A stretch of 64,000 bases of DNA, taken from assembly GCA_002633005.1 (NCBI GenBank), contig NMRA01000050.1, positions 867,820 through 931,819 of the forward strand, in the 5' to 3' direction. Position 1 is the first letter of the stretch. Every line of letters starts with the position of its first letter. Positions 12,998-26,400 of this stretch are shown piece by piece. The notes below the pieces were generated by a model. It was not told the origin of the DNA. It searched no databases and saw only the letters and a list, made by a program, of their open reading frames with translations. A program made the translations under genes and the position numbers. Origin of the DNA: Phoronis australis. Its lineage: Eukaryota > Animalia > Phoronida.

Positions 12998-14062
12998 AAA
13001 ATACACCAAGTTCTTATAAAAACGCGTTGTTTTATTTCGCTGTTACGGATTTATTGGTATTTGGACACACCGTAGCCTACAAAGTTCGGCAGGCTAAAAC
13101 CAAGACCCGTAGCAGGAGTGGGGTCTGTTCGGAAATAAATTCGAAGTATTCTTCCGTCAGTGAAATACAGACAGGAGAACCTAGATCTGTGTTGTTTAGA
13201 CTTTTGATTTTTTGAGTTCTAAACACACAAAACGCTTATTATCCAGGCCACTGGCTCGGGACCCGATCAGGTCCGTCGCGACCGGTCTGACTCCATCCCG
13301 GCCAGTGGCTCGCACCCCGGCCCGTCACGGCCGCCGGGACAGGCATGAACATAAACCATGCAGCTTGAGTTGGAAACTAAACCTCCAGTCACGAAAAGAC
13401 AGTAATAGTAAGCCAAAGAAATAAGGTGCACGTAATTATTTATGTGAATTAGCTAGGAAACTGAAAATCTACTTAATTTCTTGTCGGGGCCGCGAAGTCG
13501 GGTTCCCCTTCCACAGACCTTCAGGGCAAAGGTTGTACAGCAACAATGATTTCAATAATGTATTTGTATTTCTAAATAAAGATTCCCCTATCATGTGACC
13601 ACTTGATAGCATATAAAATCGAGCAATTGTTTCACAACAGCTTTCTGTCAGCAAACAGTTAATTAGCATGCGCTCACACGGCCTCGGTGTATGGTCAATT
13701 ACCTTTATTGCCGGCATCAAAAGCCGGTAACGCAGTGGTTTATTCATTGCTGGCTTCCCAACATTTGCACTCACGAATACTGCAAAGGTATTACAAATTG
13801 TATCTAATGAGACAGACTTTGTTTCAGTTTTATATAAGCATTGGTTAGGATGAGAATAATTCATTTTGAAACAAAACGGGAATAAACGTCTACATGGCAA
13901 CTCGCCCGGCGCCAATCCCGACTTAGTCAAGAGCTCATCCGACGAAGACTTCACGGGTCGAATCGTTGGGTTTAACAGGCTATCAGTTCGAACTGGAACA
14001 CACTAACCAAGAAATAAGAGAGGCGCCGTGAAGATGCAACGGAACGTATGGATAGTTCTTTG
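12998..14062 (+). mobile_element. Diverged copy of the Kolobok-like element at 20096-22221, including the KolX-like N-terminus
   Basis: About 1 kb reverse-complement match to 20845-21986. Encodes SSDEDF...GYQFE(L) and MDS followed by a GTAAG donor. Termini not located. Confidence 0.75.
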
Positions 14063-15289
14063 GTAAGCCGGAATTCGTCAGAGAAATCACCGTCAACGAA
14101 ATGCCGGCCACAGACACGGAGAATTCGCTGCGCCTACGTGCGCCTACGCCCCACCACAGCACTGCATGACCGTGAATCAGTAAGAAATCGGTCGATCAAT
14201 AAGGCCGAACCGTGCACATGTACAGTAGGATTGACAGTCGCGAGACTATACAAAAAATCGCATCGGGCAAAGTTGAAACTATTGACACTGACGCGATATT
14301 ATATTCGATATCTGGCCCGTAATGGTCCGATGTCCTGCTCATAGCCGGCCGATTAGTTTGTTGACTACAGCTCGACGCTTGTGTAGACTTACCTGCAGAT
14401 GTTCCCGCCGGGTCAGTGCCATTGAACGCGAAAAAGGGATTTAGAGTGGTTCTCTCGGTGCCAAATTATTCATAATGTATTTTTACGGTTTGTTCGTAAA
14501 GATTATGAATTTTTGCTGATATGTTAAAGCATTTTTTCTTGTGTTTCAAATTTCATAAAAAACTATCTGTCAGTCACTTCAGTCGTCTCCCACGAGGCAA
14601 ACCACGTCTCCGTATTAGGCCTGGCGGAGAAATTGGGATCAAAGAGTAGATTCGCCACGATCTGTTTAAAGTGTCCATTTTATACGAGTTTTCGTGTTCC
14701 ATGCTTCTTTAAAGCTAGGTGACACCGCCACCCCAAATCCCGACGGGCAAAAATCACTGAGGCGCCAAAACTCGAGTCGGCAGAGTCGGCCCTGCGCGCT
14801 GATCATGAGCGCCCAGTTGTGACTATCCGGCGACACGGCCGGGACGGGTGAACAGCTACAGCGGTAGCCTGCACATCCGTAGCCCGCCGTCGGCCAATGA
14901 AGACCCAACAAGAACTTTTGTTCACCATCTTACATCTAGGCCAAATATAGGCAATTGTCTTAAGTGCTCGATGGTACATCGATAGGCGACGTTGCACCCT
15001 TCGCCATTTTTATGCCTGAAACTCGATCATCCAAAGTCAGATCGGCGCCAGACCGGTGTCTTGGCATAAGTAGGCCTAGTCGACAGATCCGATGCAGTGT
15101 TCATGCGAGTAGAGCTGGCCCGGGAAGCCTAATTGTAATTCATGTACTTGCAGCAGAGGAGCTGACGTAGACCTGATGGTGATTTTCATGCAAATGATTT
15201 CGGCGCTGGGGTCTAATCTCCTTTCGAAATTATTTTTGACGTTTTTAGTTCTGATCTGAACTCAATTTAAGTGTCAGTTACGATGTGCT

Positions 15290-15615
15290 CAACTACAATA
15301 TGGTTAACATACTACAGGATCCCTTCTGATACGAATTACAATATGGTAACACATGTACCTTTCTAGCATCCTAAGCCCGTACTACAGGATCCCTTCTGAT
15401 ACGAACTACAATATGGTTAACACATGTACCTTTCTAGCATCCTAACTCCGTACTACAGGATCCCTTATGATACGAACTACAATATGGTAACACATGTACC
15501 TTTCTAGCATCCTAAGCCCGTACTACAGGATCCCTTCTGATACGAACTACAATATGGTTAACACATGTACCTTTCTAGCATCCTAACTCCGTACCACAGG
15601 ATCCCTATTGATACA
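15290..15615. repeat. Minisatellite, 70/71-bp units alternating A-B-A-B
   Basis: Units start at 15331, 15401, 15472 and 15542. A has GGTAAC/AAGCCCG, B has GGTTAAC/AACTCCG. A partial unit lies at 15290. Confidence 0.9.
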
Positions 15616-16196
15616 AACTCAACTGACCTCTTGACTTCGAAGAGATTTGGAGTTTCCAACGTATTGTAGCTATGACCAACTCTGTACTATATAGTTGTCC
15701 ACGAAAACCACAATATACCCAGTCGAGCACACAATGGGCTAATAGACATGAGTTTTTCTTGAAAGTAAGCCGAAAAATGTAAAAATATTTCGAGTTCCAT
15801 TTCGAGTAACCGCTGCCCTCGAATAGTTCGATGGACACAAACATCCCCTGTTGCTGCGTCACCAACTCTTACTAAGTATAACGAGTTGATAGATTCTTGT
15901 AAACATTGATTAGGCCATATATGGGAAACCCCAACTCTTGAATGTCTAGCCTGCATTTCGTTCATACATGCCCTCTTTAGCTGGAGTGTAGTGGGATGTA
16001 GACGTTTACTTAGCCGTATATACATGTAGGCACACGCAGAGCACCTCATTTCGTTTTTTGACTTGTGTTTACTCATTGCAACTCAACCAGAATTACCTGT
16101 TTTTGGGTTTCAAAACACTGGTACTAAAAATCGACGTTTTCTTGCGATCGCGACAACCTGAGTTTACGGAACATTTTGTCATTGTTCGGACCTCGA

Positions 16197-16706
16197 CCCA
16201 TACGAAAATATTCAATATTATGCTATAGGAATTCCTATAGGAATATCGATTTCCTATAGGATTCCTATAGGATCAAGATTTCTTATAGAAATAGAAAAAT
16301 CCTACAGGAAAATTTTCAGAAATCTGATTTCTAAACATTTTAACAAAGAACTAGCCTAAGAGTATGTAGTAAGATATTGATTTGTTTTTATCTACTTTCA
16401 GCTCTTCAGAGTCATTATTTTTTGTAAATTTTATTATTCAGGCGAGTCTTAATACAAGTATGTTAATTGTTTCGTAGAATCCTATTGAACTTCCTATAGA
16501 ATCCTACTGAAATCCTACAGGATGCTATTAAATTTCCTATAGAATCCTATTGAACTAACTATAAAATCCTATTGAACTATCTACTGGATTTCTTAAAGCC
16601 TTACAAGAATTCCTATAGGATTTACAACAGGATTTCTATAGAATCCTATAAGATTTCCTACAGGAATTCCGGCAATAGGAAATCCTATTGGAATTTTTTG
16701 TTAGGG
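16197..16706. mobile_element. CMC/EnSpm-like non-autonomous element packed with palindromic TCCTATAGGA repeats
   Basis: Ends CCCATACGAAAATATTC / GGAATTTTTTGTTAGGG, 2-bp TSD GA, and many CCTATAGG-type internal repeats. Confidence 0.7.
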
Positions 16707-19319
16707 GAGGAGTGCCACACGTAAAACATCATATAAGTTTACGAACACTGTGCCGCTACGGTAAGGATGTAGTTGAAGAACAACAAAAACTGCGCTTCCC
16801 AACACACGTAACTTTATTACAGTCATTGTTTCTAAAAATCAGGCCTTTAGCCGCATTAGCTTGCAGAAACCCCCATCATTAGCACGGCTGCTTGTTCACA
16901 GTATTCTGAAACATTAAGTAGGCCTAGGTCTACACGTGTCAACAAATCTTTGGTCAATGGGAACAGGCTTCTGATGTTGACAGTAAATCAGTATTGCGCA
17001 CCACCTCGCAGACTTCATACGAGCAACACACTTGATGGAAGAAGTGTCCAACGCCAAAAATCTGCTAGAGGCATGGGGGCGGAAGGGGAGCTATAGCACC
17101 CACTTTTTTCAGTGCTACGCCGTCCATGNGCTTTAGCAGTAGACAAAAAGGTGAACTCGTAGATAAAAGAAATAGGCATAACCCGAATGCGATAGCTAAG
17201 CGATTTTTAATTGCTGTCGCCAATGTATTGCTTTGATCAGAAGGGATTCTGAAATAATGGCAGCACATATCGACTGTCCAGGAACGTTAATGGTGAAACA
17301 TTGAGGAAATTGTTGGATGTCATGGGAAGAACTGGGATATGAATAAATATCTTCCGGAATAATCTCTGAAATTCGAAAAATTGCTATCTTGGATCAAGAA
17401 ATTCATAACTGTACCTGCGTGAACCGTGACGTGATATTATTTAACGCCTCTCTTTAAAATTGAGAAGAAAGCATGAGTTAACAAGCATGATGAAAAGCTA
17501 ACCACGCTGATCACTAAACAACGACCAGCATCTGATAAGTTGATTAGCTACACATATTACTAAATCATAATCCTGGCACTTCGGGGGTGCGAATGTCTAA
17601 TAGGCGAAATCCTCAGGCTAATACTCTAGCTGCTCTGCCCCCCCGGCAACTCGAAATCCTGGATCCGCCCCTGCATGGCCCAGATAATAAGCTTGTACAA
17701 GTTTAGGGCTGGTTCTAATTTAAGACACAAATAATTAAAATTCGTTTTTATTACAATGGTGATTAGTAATGTTCTAAACTTTATGTTATGTTTGAAAGTC
17801 ACATTTACTTGTTAGTTTCGAATTAACACGTCAAAACTCTTTTCCTGATATCAACTCAACAGGTGTCAAATAAAAAATGGTTATCACTCTCATTCCCTTC
17901 TATACTGCTTACCGTCCTCGAAGGGTAGTAAGGATTTTAGGAGGTTGTTTTATATCCTTAAACAAAAGTATTGAAAAGTTAAATATCCTAACGTACCATC
18001 CCGGCAGAGGTCTACCTGTCATGATTTCATGCAAAAAGGTCAATCGTTGTACTTTTATTAAAAACATTGAATCAGTAGCAAAAGACCAATATGGCTTAAA
18101 TACTTCAAAAGTTTGAAATATTCTGAATTGATATCATATTCACAACAAACAGCTTAATACTGTAAATTCAGAGCGTACGTCCGTCACGTCCGTCCGTCAC
18201 AATCAACTTTCTTCGAGCTGTCTGACAAACATTTCTTAGAAGATATCAAAATATAGTGTGCTGTACTTCGCAAACCGTGATTGCACTCATCATATAAAAC
18301 AAAAATTGTAACTAAATGCAACTCAAAGAAAATTAGCGTTAATTTTAAGTTATAAATTCAAATCCCCCTACTTCGTCCATCACACTCGTTAAAGGCAGTT
18401 TTCTCAGTCACATAAAAAGATAAGAGTCAAGTTGATACACGCTTTGAACGCTATTGGTGACACCTATCAATTGATGAACATTTTTTCATAATGTTCTCTA
18501 ATTGTACGTCCGTCACAAACGGAATTGCCCTAAAACAATTTGTGGAAAAGACCCTATTTTTATGACTCACGTCCTCGTAGTGCTCAGGCAAGGCACGATG
18601 CTTCTACGTTCGATCGATTTAATAATACATGTATGAGTGGAGTTGTACTAGCACTGATCCATGTTGACTTCAACTCGGACGAAGAAATTGTTTAGTTGTC
18701 CGAGACTACAAAAATAAGTAGCAATTAACAATGTTTTGAAAAGATATGTCCCGGGAAGATGTAATTTGGGAGCGTATTAACCTGGTGTGTACCTCGCCAT
18801 TAATTTCAACGCGCAAAACACTTAAAATTGAACTTACAGCATGTACATTGAGTTAAACGCATTGTGAATTTGCTTTTTGTTTCCTTTCCCTTATTGACAA
18901 TGATCTACTGGAAACTTATTGTGTCGTTGGTTGCTTCCTAAAAAAGTACAGGACGGACGCCAGTTTTTGCGAAAAGCCCTCAGAATTTCTACTGTTTTAG
19001 AAATTCGAACAACCCCTTGCGTAATCCTGGCTACGGGCCTGGAATGTGACATCCAGAACGACTTTACGCACTGAACATTATTCAACGTAACATATGGGCA
19101 CGTATCGTACCTCTTATTACCATAAATATATTTTAACGTAATCTTTTTAACTCTCCTGTCTTTTAGGTATTCCCGAGTTTTGAATTAATTTGTTTTCCTA
19201 TGACGGTTTAGATTCGAATATATTTATACACGTTTCATTTATTTATTATTTATTGTTGTTTAAATATGTATATGTATACATGTATTTATGTACATGTATG
19301 TAATATGCATGTTTTTATT

Positions 19320-19397
19320 GTTGCTGTCGTTATTGTGATTGTTATTGCTGTTATCATTCTCTTTCTTCTTATTATTATCATTATTATTATATTATTA
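19320..19397. repeat. (ATT)n-like microsatellite
   Basis: Run of ATT/GTT triplets. Confidence 0.8.
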
Positions 19398-20150
19398 CCT
19401 TGACTTGTTTTGTAAATTGAAACTGATAACTTTTAGTTGAAGGGCCCTGTAAACTATTAAAAATGATAATAATAAACGCCAGGTCCCAAGGTTTACGGGC
19501 AAAGCACAATCAAGGTCCATATTCGGTGGCCACTTTTGGTGATAAATGAAGGTTGTCATATAACTGTAAAAGCTGCGTTATTTTAAAGTATCATCATTCC
19601 AGGTTTGTAATCTAAAATATTTTTGCATAAGAACCACCGAATAAAATTTTATGGCCTAATGCATCACAGTTGTATAAAAGGGTACGTACACTAAAACTTG
19701 TGGTCACGGCCCACTTCTACCATGCAAAAATCCATAAGGTAGCTGTTAATTTGATAAGTACTTTATCAAATTGAAGAAGTATCACATATTAAATTAGAAA
19801 AGTTATTACCGTGCTGATCACGTTGTTCTAGATGATTATACATTGCATATCTTAACACAGTATAATGAGAACTACTTCTTTTGCAATATGATTCTTACCA
19901 AAAGAAAATGACAAGTAACTACTTTTTTTAAAAACTTTTATTGGTGCTATTTGCCCAGTTTTCAATACATTCACCAGTTGGTCAAAACAGTTAAAACAGT
20001 GCTAGGCCCAGTATTCAAGTTTTAAACAATAAAAATGGTACTGATTGGGGGGTACCTACACTACGTACACTCAATCAACTTCAAATTTTGATTAAAAGAG
20101 AATTCCAGCCTATTTATTCAGTCTTTTTTACCGTTTTAATCGGTCTATTT

Positions 20151-20990
20151 TCACATCACCTCGTATACGGTCGATCTGACCTCCCCGAAAGGTGTCGCGT
20201 TAACCTGTGAGGAAGGTGAGAAACGCCGCAACGACGTCAGTGCTTCTTCTGCAGAGTGAGTGCTGCTATGGTGTGGTGTATCGTTTCGCTTGTGCGAACT
20301 ATGAAGCTGGGAGGAAAGCGAGTATATCGTTTTTTTCGATTTCCTCGAGAGCCTATAATTTATGCTTCGGAAGTGGCTCGCGGTAGTGAAGAATGAAAAG
20401 TACGCCGTTAACGAGAAGTATGAAGCCATGAAACTTCTCTGTGTCTGTCAGAGTGGCCAGCATTTCGTCGGATCCGTTATTGGATAGTTTTTGATTATGA
20501 AGAATTGTGGTTGGCTATGAAAACATAAACAATTACAACTAATTCATGGCGTAAGAATAAAACGTTTAATAACCTGTTTGATGACCGGCTCGTTCGTGAG
20601 GCTTCTGTTTGGTCCTCTGGGTGTAGGATGTTTTCGACAGTTCTTTTTCTCAGCTCCCAAAACGTCGAAAGCACACTACAGTTTAGACGCGGTGCAAAAT
20701 CAGGATGTTCCGTGTGAAAACATATGCGCTTCTCCAAGAAAGCGTTTCACTAGCTGAATTTCGTGGCAGCAAACGCAAGCGCCAGTCCTTTGCATTATCG
20801 TGCAGGCACTGACACCATGACAAATCATTCAAACGGTTTTCGAAACTATCCATATGTTCCGTTTTCTGTGCACGTTCTATTATTTTTTGATCAGTTTATT
20901 TAGGTTCGAATTGATAGCCTAGAAACTTAACGATCGATATGTGAAGTCTTCGTCGGATGAGCACTAGTCTAAGTCGGGATTGCGAGTTCC
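20151..20990 (-). pseudogene. Decayed P2X7 cytoplasmic-ballast-like Cys-rich ORF (KolX-type)
   Basis: Manual translation across frameshifts: SSDEDF..GYQFEP..RLNDLSWCQC / CTIMQRTGACVCCHEIQ / CFHTEHPDF..LNCSVL / LTAYFSF..LRRFSPSS. This follows the PYxFEP, WCxC..C..M...CCxE, C.T.H..F..L...VL, AY, IR..FP pattern. Confidence 0.7.
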
Positions 20991-21295
20991 CACGTTGACG
21001 TTTATTATTGTGCGTTCTGTTTCGAAATGAATTATTCTCACCCTAACCAATGTTTATATAAAACTGAAACAAAGTCCGTCTCATTAGATGCAATATGTAA
21101 TGCCTTGGAGTGTTCGTGAATGCAAATGTTTTGGAAAGTCAACAATGGATAAATCACTGCCCGTTACAGGCGTCAGATGCAATAGATTAATTGACCGGGC
21201 ACCGAGGCCATGTGAGCGCATGCTAATTCAATGTTTGTTGACAGAAAGCAGTTGCTCAACAACTCGATTTTATATCACATGGTCAGATGTTACAT

Positions 21296-21435
21296 GCATG
21301 GACGGTGCACCATAGGGGGCTGGGGGGCTATGGCCCCCACTTTTTTCAGTGCTCCGGAGCCCATTCAATGGGCGGTACATCACAGGGAGGCTGGGGACTA
21401 TAGCCCCCACTTTTTTCAGTGCTGCGCCGCTTATG
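21296..21435. mobile_element. Small CATG..CATG-type MITE inserted in the Kolobok-like element
   Basis: Absent from the homologous position (~13590) of the sister copy. Shares GCTATAGCnCCCACTTTTTTCAGTGCT with the MITE at ~17070-17128. Confidence 0.6.
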
Positions 21436-22819
21436 TGTTAGGGGAATCTTTATGTCGATATCCATATACGTTATTCGTTAGTGTATAACTTTTGCCCTGG
21501 CGGTTCTGTGATAGGGTAATGAACCTGACCGCGGCCCTCCGACGAGCTAGTAAGTGGATTTGCAGTTTCGTGGTTAATTCATCAAAATAACCACGTGCAC
21601 ATTTTTTTCTTTTGCCTAACTAGTATACTATTTTCGTGAATGGTAGTTTATTTTCCAACATTAATTGGCTGGTTTATGTTCGGGATGTCTTCATTCCGGC
21701 CGCGATGGGCCTGATCGAGTTCCGAGCCACTGGCCGAGATAGCAAGCGTTTTGTGTGTTTAGAACTGAAAAAATAGCAAGTCTAAAATTTAAACACACAG
21801 CTATGTTCTCCTGTCTGTATTTCACGGAGGAATAATTTTAACATATCACCGAAAAGACTTCAAACTCCCGCGATCAACCTTGGTAAATTGGCCTACCGAA
21901 CTTTGCAGGCTACGGCACGTTCCAATACCAAACAATCCGTAACGGCGAAATAAAATAACACGTTTTTCAACAACTCGGTGTATTTGTATGGGTTTTATGT
22001 CGAATTCTGATGATTTACTGGTGTAAGCGATAAGCTGGCACCAATAAGCGTGTTGTGAACTGCTGAGCAGACTGCATTCGAACCTCTGACGTCATTGGTT
22101 CATTTCAACATCTCCGTCTGCCTTTAGGTGTCAGGTAAAAAAGCTGTGAATGATGTTATCCCGTGGAACTACTGGACCTAAGTAGATACAAACTTCATTG
22201 TTTTTTGAGTGGCATTCTCTTTTAAGTTACAAATGTATGGGATGGTGTCGTGTTTTGTGCTGCCTCTACGTTGCAAGTTGTCTTGAGAGATAAAGAACCT
22301 GCCTCTGCAGCATCAGTTGTCACATGATGTGTCCTCTAAGATGTTGCGTACTACAGTAGCAAAGTCCTTTGCGGCATGCTATTGCTCAGAAATTTGATAA
22401 TGTCCATTGTTTTTGTCACACTGGATTCATTTTGGAAATATCAGTATAGTTCATGAGAAAAGCAGTATGACTTTGTAAAAATACTTCTGGGCAATACTTT
22501 ATAGCACAGAGGTTGAAGCTACGTACACTAAACAGGGGTACGTACACTACATTTCAATGACTTTTCAGGTTTATAAAAATAATTTAAATCTACTGAGTTA
22601 GCTCATTTACCAAATCTATTAAAAGAGAACAAATATAAAGTACAGCATACATGTGCATATCTGCATTTTTTTGAAAACAGGCACATGTTAAAATATAGTG
22701 GTACGTACACTACACAAATGCTAATATTTCACTTAAAACGAATGTATTTATTACTAACACCCTTTTAACCTAACAATTTTAATGGAGGAAACTGTCTGAA
22801 ACAAACGTTGCTTGCTTAC

Positions 22820-23078
22820 TGTATGAAAACCTCTTTCAACTCTGTTTTAGGGTTTTACGTGGGTTTATTCTAGAGATCTTCAAGATACATCTATTCACTA
22901 TGCTGTCTAACTCTCAACTGAAAACTTGTTTGTCAGAACTAAAGATCATATGCTCATGAGTCATCAGATTTCTGAGAATTGTTTTGCACAACTTACACAA
23001 TCTATGACTCTAGCTACCAGTTCCATATAAGGTTATGTTTTGGACTCTGCAAGTTTAATGAAAACCACGAATATAACA
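22820..23078 (-). repeat. Gypsy 3' LTR (259 bp)
   Basis: Direct repeat of 27141-27405 with about 8 substitutions and one 6-bp indel (counted by eye). AATAAA on the minus strand near 22864. Confidence 0.95.
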
Positions 23079-23092
23079 TCCTCCCTTCTCTG
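23079..23092 (-). promoter_or_regulatory. Polypurine tract
   Basis: AGAGAAGGGAGGA on the minus strand immediately before the 3' LTR. Confidence 0.9.
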
Positions 23093-23442
23093 AAAGTTCT
23101 TACTCTTGGTCCAGTGTTTATATCTAAAGTTCTCCAGTCTGTCTTCAGCCACAGTGCATGTCATCCAGTGGTGTCTAGTTAAGTTAATAGAAAACAGATG
23201 TCTTCAGTTTATCATAAGACACAAATTCCAGCACAGTAACAAATTAGTGTAAACAATCTGCTTAGTTCAGTTAAGTGATAGTGTCAGTGCTCTGGAATCA
23301 AAACAAACACAAGCTTCTAGTGGATCATCGTAGTAAACAGTTTTGTAGTAAATAACTTCTATGGGTCATCCAGTCAACTCTGGGTGGACTATCAGAGTGA
23401 CAAGAACAAACAGTGATTGGTATTATTCTGACCAATTTCATC

Positions 23443-26400
23443 ACTGTGTGTATCTCACAGGTGGTTTAATCACTCTCCCAGATCTGGTTGTCACAGGCTG
23501 GTTAGGTCTTACTTCACTTTTGATGGTGTGTGGGTCGGAGCTTTCTTTGACTGATTTTTCATCAACCATGTGTTCCGGTTTTTAGTCTGTAGGCTCGGCC
23601 TGTCTGAATTCTTTTGCCGGCTTTATGTGTTGGCGATTTCGGCGAACAACACTTGTCGGGGTTTCAATAGAGTACGATCGCTCGTCAAGCCGTTTCAAAA
23701 CAGTACCTTTGGTCCATTCTTTCTGACCAAGTGTAAAGGGTTGCAAACGCACAGAATCTCCCTCTGCCAAAACAGGCAACTCTTTTTGCGGATTTGTTAT
23801 AATAGTGCGCTTGTTTGTGTTGTTGACGCTTCAGGTCGCGATCCGTGTGCTTCTGACTAACTACTTCAGGTTTGAGTAATGAAGAGGCTGTAGGCAGCAT
23901 TGTTTTGGTCCTTCTACTCATCAAGCGTTGTGCGGGACTAGATAACAAACCTTGGGTAGGTGTGTTTCTGTGATCTAGCATAGCTAAATAAACATCACTA
24001 CCGGAATCTTTACATTTCCTGAATATGCGCTTAGCAGTTTTCACGGCAGACTCCGCTTTACCGTTGGCTTTACTGTTGCCAGGACTGCTAGTTGCGTGAA
24101 CAATATTCCATGATTTGCAAAATCTTACAAAATCATGGCACGAATATTGCGGACCATTGTCGGACACGATGGTATCTGGAATACCATGTCGCGAGAAGTG
24201 TGCTTTGAGCTTCTCAATTACAGCTGTTGCGCTCGTGCTGTAAAGTCGATCTACTTCCCAGAAATTACTGTAATAATCAACAACTATCAAATATTCTCTG
24301 CCATTGAATGTGAACAAATCTGTTCCAACTTTAGCCCATGGTCTGTCAGGAAGATCATGACTCATCAATGGTTCTGGGGAGTTTGCCGTCTCGAATTTTC
24401 TGCATGTGTTGCAGCCAGAGATATATTCTCTTATCTCTGCTGTCATATTCGGCCAGTAGATAGATTCTCTTGCCCGTCTCAGGCATCCATCTATTCCAAG
24501 ATGTGAGGAGTGAATATTTTCTTTGAGTATACGCCTTTGGCTGGCTGGCACCACCACGCGTTCACCTCTAAAAATTATACCATCATGTATAGCTAGCTCA
24601 TCTCTGATAGAGAAATAGGGTTGCGCCAGTGGTGATACTCGTGCTTTTTCGTCAGGCCAGCCTTCTTGGATGACTGATTTCAAAACAGTCAAACTTTGAT
24701 CAGCCTCTGTTGCTCTTCTGATTGCTTCCAGTCGTGAATCAGTTATTGCGACGAACTGTGTGGCATTCACACATTCAAACTCATTTTTGTTGTGCTCCTC
24801 TGTCGTAGACATATAGGCTCTAGATAAAGTATCAGCGAGATACATTTGCTTCCCTTGGCAGTATGTTACCACTAGATCATACTTTTGTAGTCGCATCATC
24901 ATGCCTTGAAGTCGCTTTGGTGCACAGGCAAGGCTTTTCTTCATGATGCTTTCAAGTGGTTTATGATCGCTGATCACATGGGTCGTTCTCCCAAACGTGT
25001 GCTGATGGAATTTCTCCACACTCCAGGTTATCGCGAGCATTTCTTTTTCTAGTTGGGCATGGCGCGTTTCTACGTCACTCAATGCTCTGCTCACAAATGC
25101 TAGCGGCTGACCCTCTTGAAGCAGTGCCGCTCCAAGTCCAGTCTTACTAGCGTCGCACTGGATCGAAAGCTCTTTCGCTGGGTCATAAAATCTCAGTACA
25201 GGTGCCTCCGACCCAAGTTTCTTCACTTGCGTGAGTGCACTTTCTTGTGCGACGGACCACGTCCACGGCACATTCTTGCGTGTCAACTGCCTAATAGGTT
25301 CCATCACATCTGACAGTCTAGGTAGGAACTTAGCAAGGTAAGTCACAAATCCATTCAGTCGTCTAATGCCTTCAATATCGGTAGGTCTTGGCATTTCTTG
25401 TACTGCTGTCACTTTCGCATGGTCAGGCTTCAGACCATCTTGTGTGACCATGTGTCCAAGAAAAGGTACTGACTTTTGTCGTATTCACATTTTAGCTCGG
25501 TTGAGACGTAATCCAACTTCTCTGCACCGCTGAAATAGTTTCTCAAGCATGTTGTCATGGTCCTTAGTGGCTTCTTCGTTGTTGCCGGATCCATAAATCA
25601 TCAGGTCATCCGCAACACATACAACTCCTGGTAAGTCACCAACGCAGCTATACAGACGCTTTGCGAACAATTCGCTGCTGACATTTGTACCAAATGGAAG
25701 ACGTAACCATCGAAATCTACCAAACGGTGTACCAAACGTTGTCAAGTAAGAAGATTCCTCGTCAAGCACCACATGCCAATAGCCGGATTTCAGGTCAACA
25801 GTCGAGATAATTCTTGCTTTCGTCAGCTCTGGCAAAACATCATCAAAGGTAAGTAAGTAGAAGTGTTCTCTTTTCAGAGCCTTGTTCAAGGGTCGGGGAT
25901 CTATGCATATTCTGAGATCGCCTGATTTCTTTGTCGCTACTACGAGACTGCTTGCCCAATCGGTTGGCTTATTCACGGGCGCTAGTACCTTTTGGTCGGT
26001 CAGCTTATCCAATTCCAGTTTTAATTTAGGCTTCAACATTGCTGGAAGGCGTCTGGCAGGCATAACAACTGGAGTTACGGCAGCATCAACTTCCAGGTGT
26101 ACCACACCAGGTAGTGTACCAATATCATCATCTATTACAGTGATCAGACCCATCTGTTTGCATGCGTCGGCTCCTAGAATGGGCGTCAAATTCTCTGACA
26201 TCACGCAGAATTCGAAGTTGTAGCATCTACCATTGGCAGGATTCTCAATTTTGGCTGTACCCTCTCCTAATGGTTTGATTCCATCTGAACCACACCACCC
26301 GAATAGCTTCTTCGTTGGGGGCTTTAGCCTCATTTTAGTGACATACTTAGCAGGGATTGCATTCACTGATGCACCACAATCTATTTGAAAGCGAATATTC

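Larger units (their letters stand above)
20096..22221 (-). mobile_element. Kolobok-like DNA transposon (non-autonomous) carrying a KolX/P2X7-C-terminal-like relic
   Basis: TTAA at 20092-20095 and 22222-22225. TIRs AAGAGAATTCCA / TGGCATTCTCTT. Confidence 0.75.

Noticed and set aside
15290-15615. ~70-bp periodicity resembling CRISPR repeat plus spacer
   Set aside because: The whole unit is repeated, so there are no variable spacers.
22226-22420. RAG1/Chapaev N-terminal Cys/His domain in the host element
   Set aside because: Only scattered Cys among stop codons, with no H-x7-CRxCG pattern.
24135-26223. Plus-strand ORFs (24135-24506, 25116-25313, 25882-26223) as antisense genes
   Set aside because: Shadows of the Gypsy pol frame. 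The same applies to 50956-51171 and 54132-54434 opposite ARF exons.
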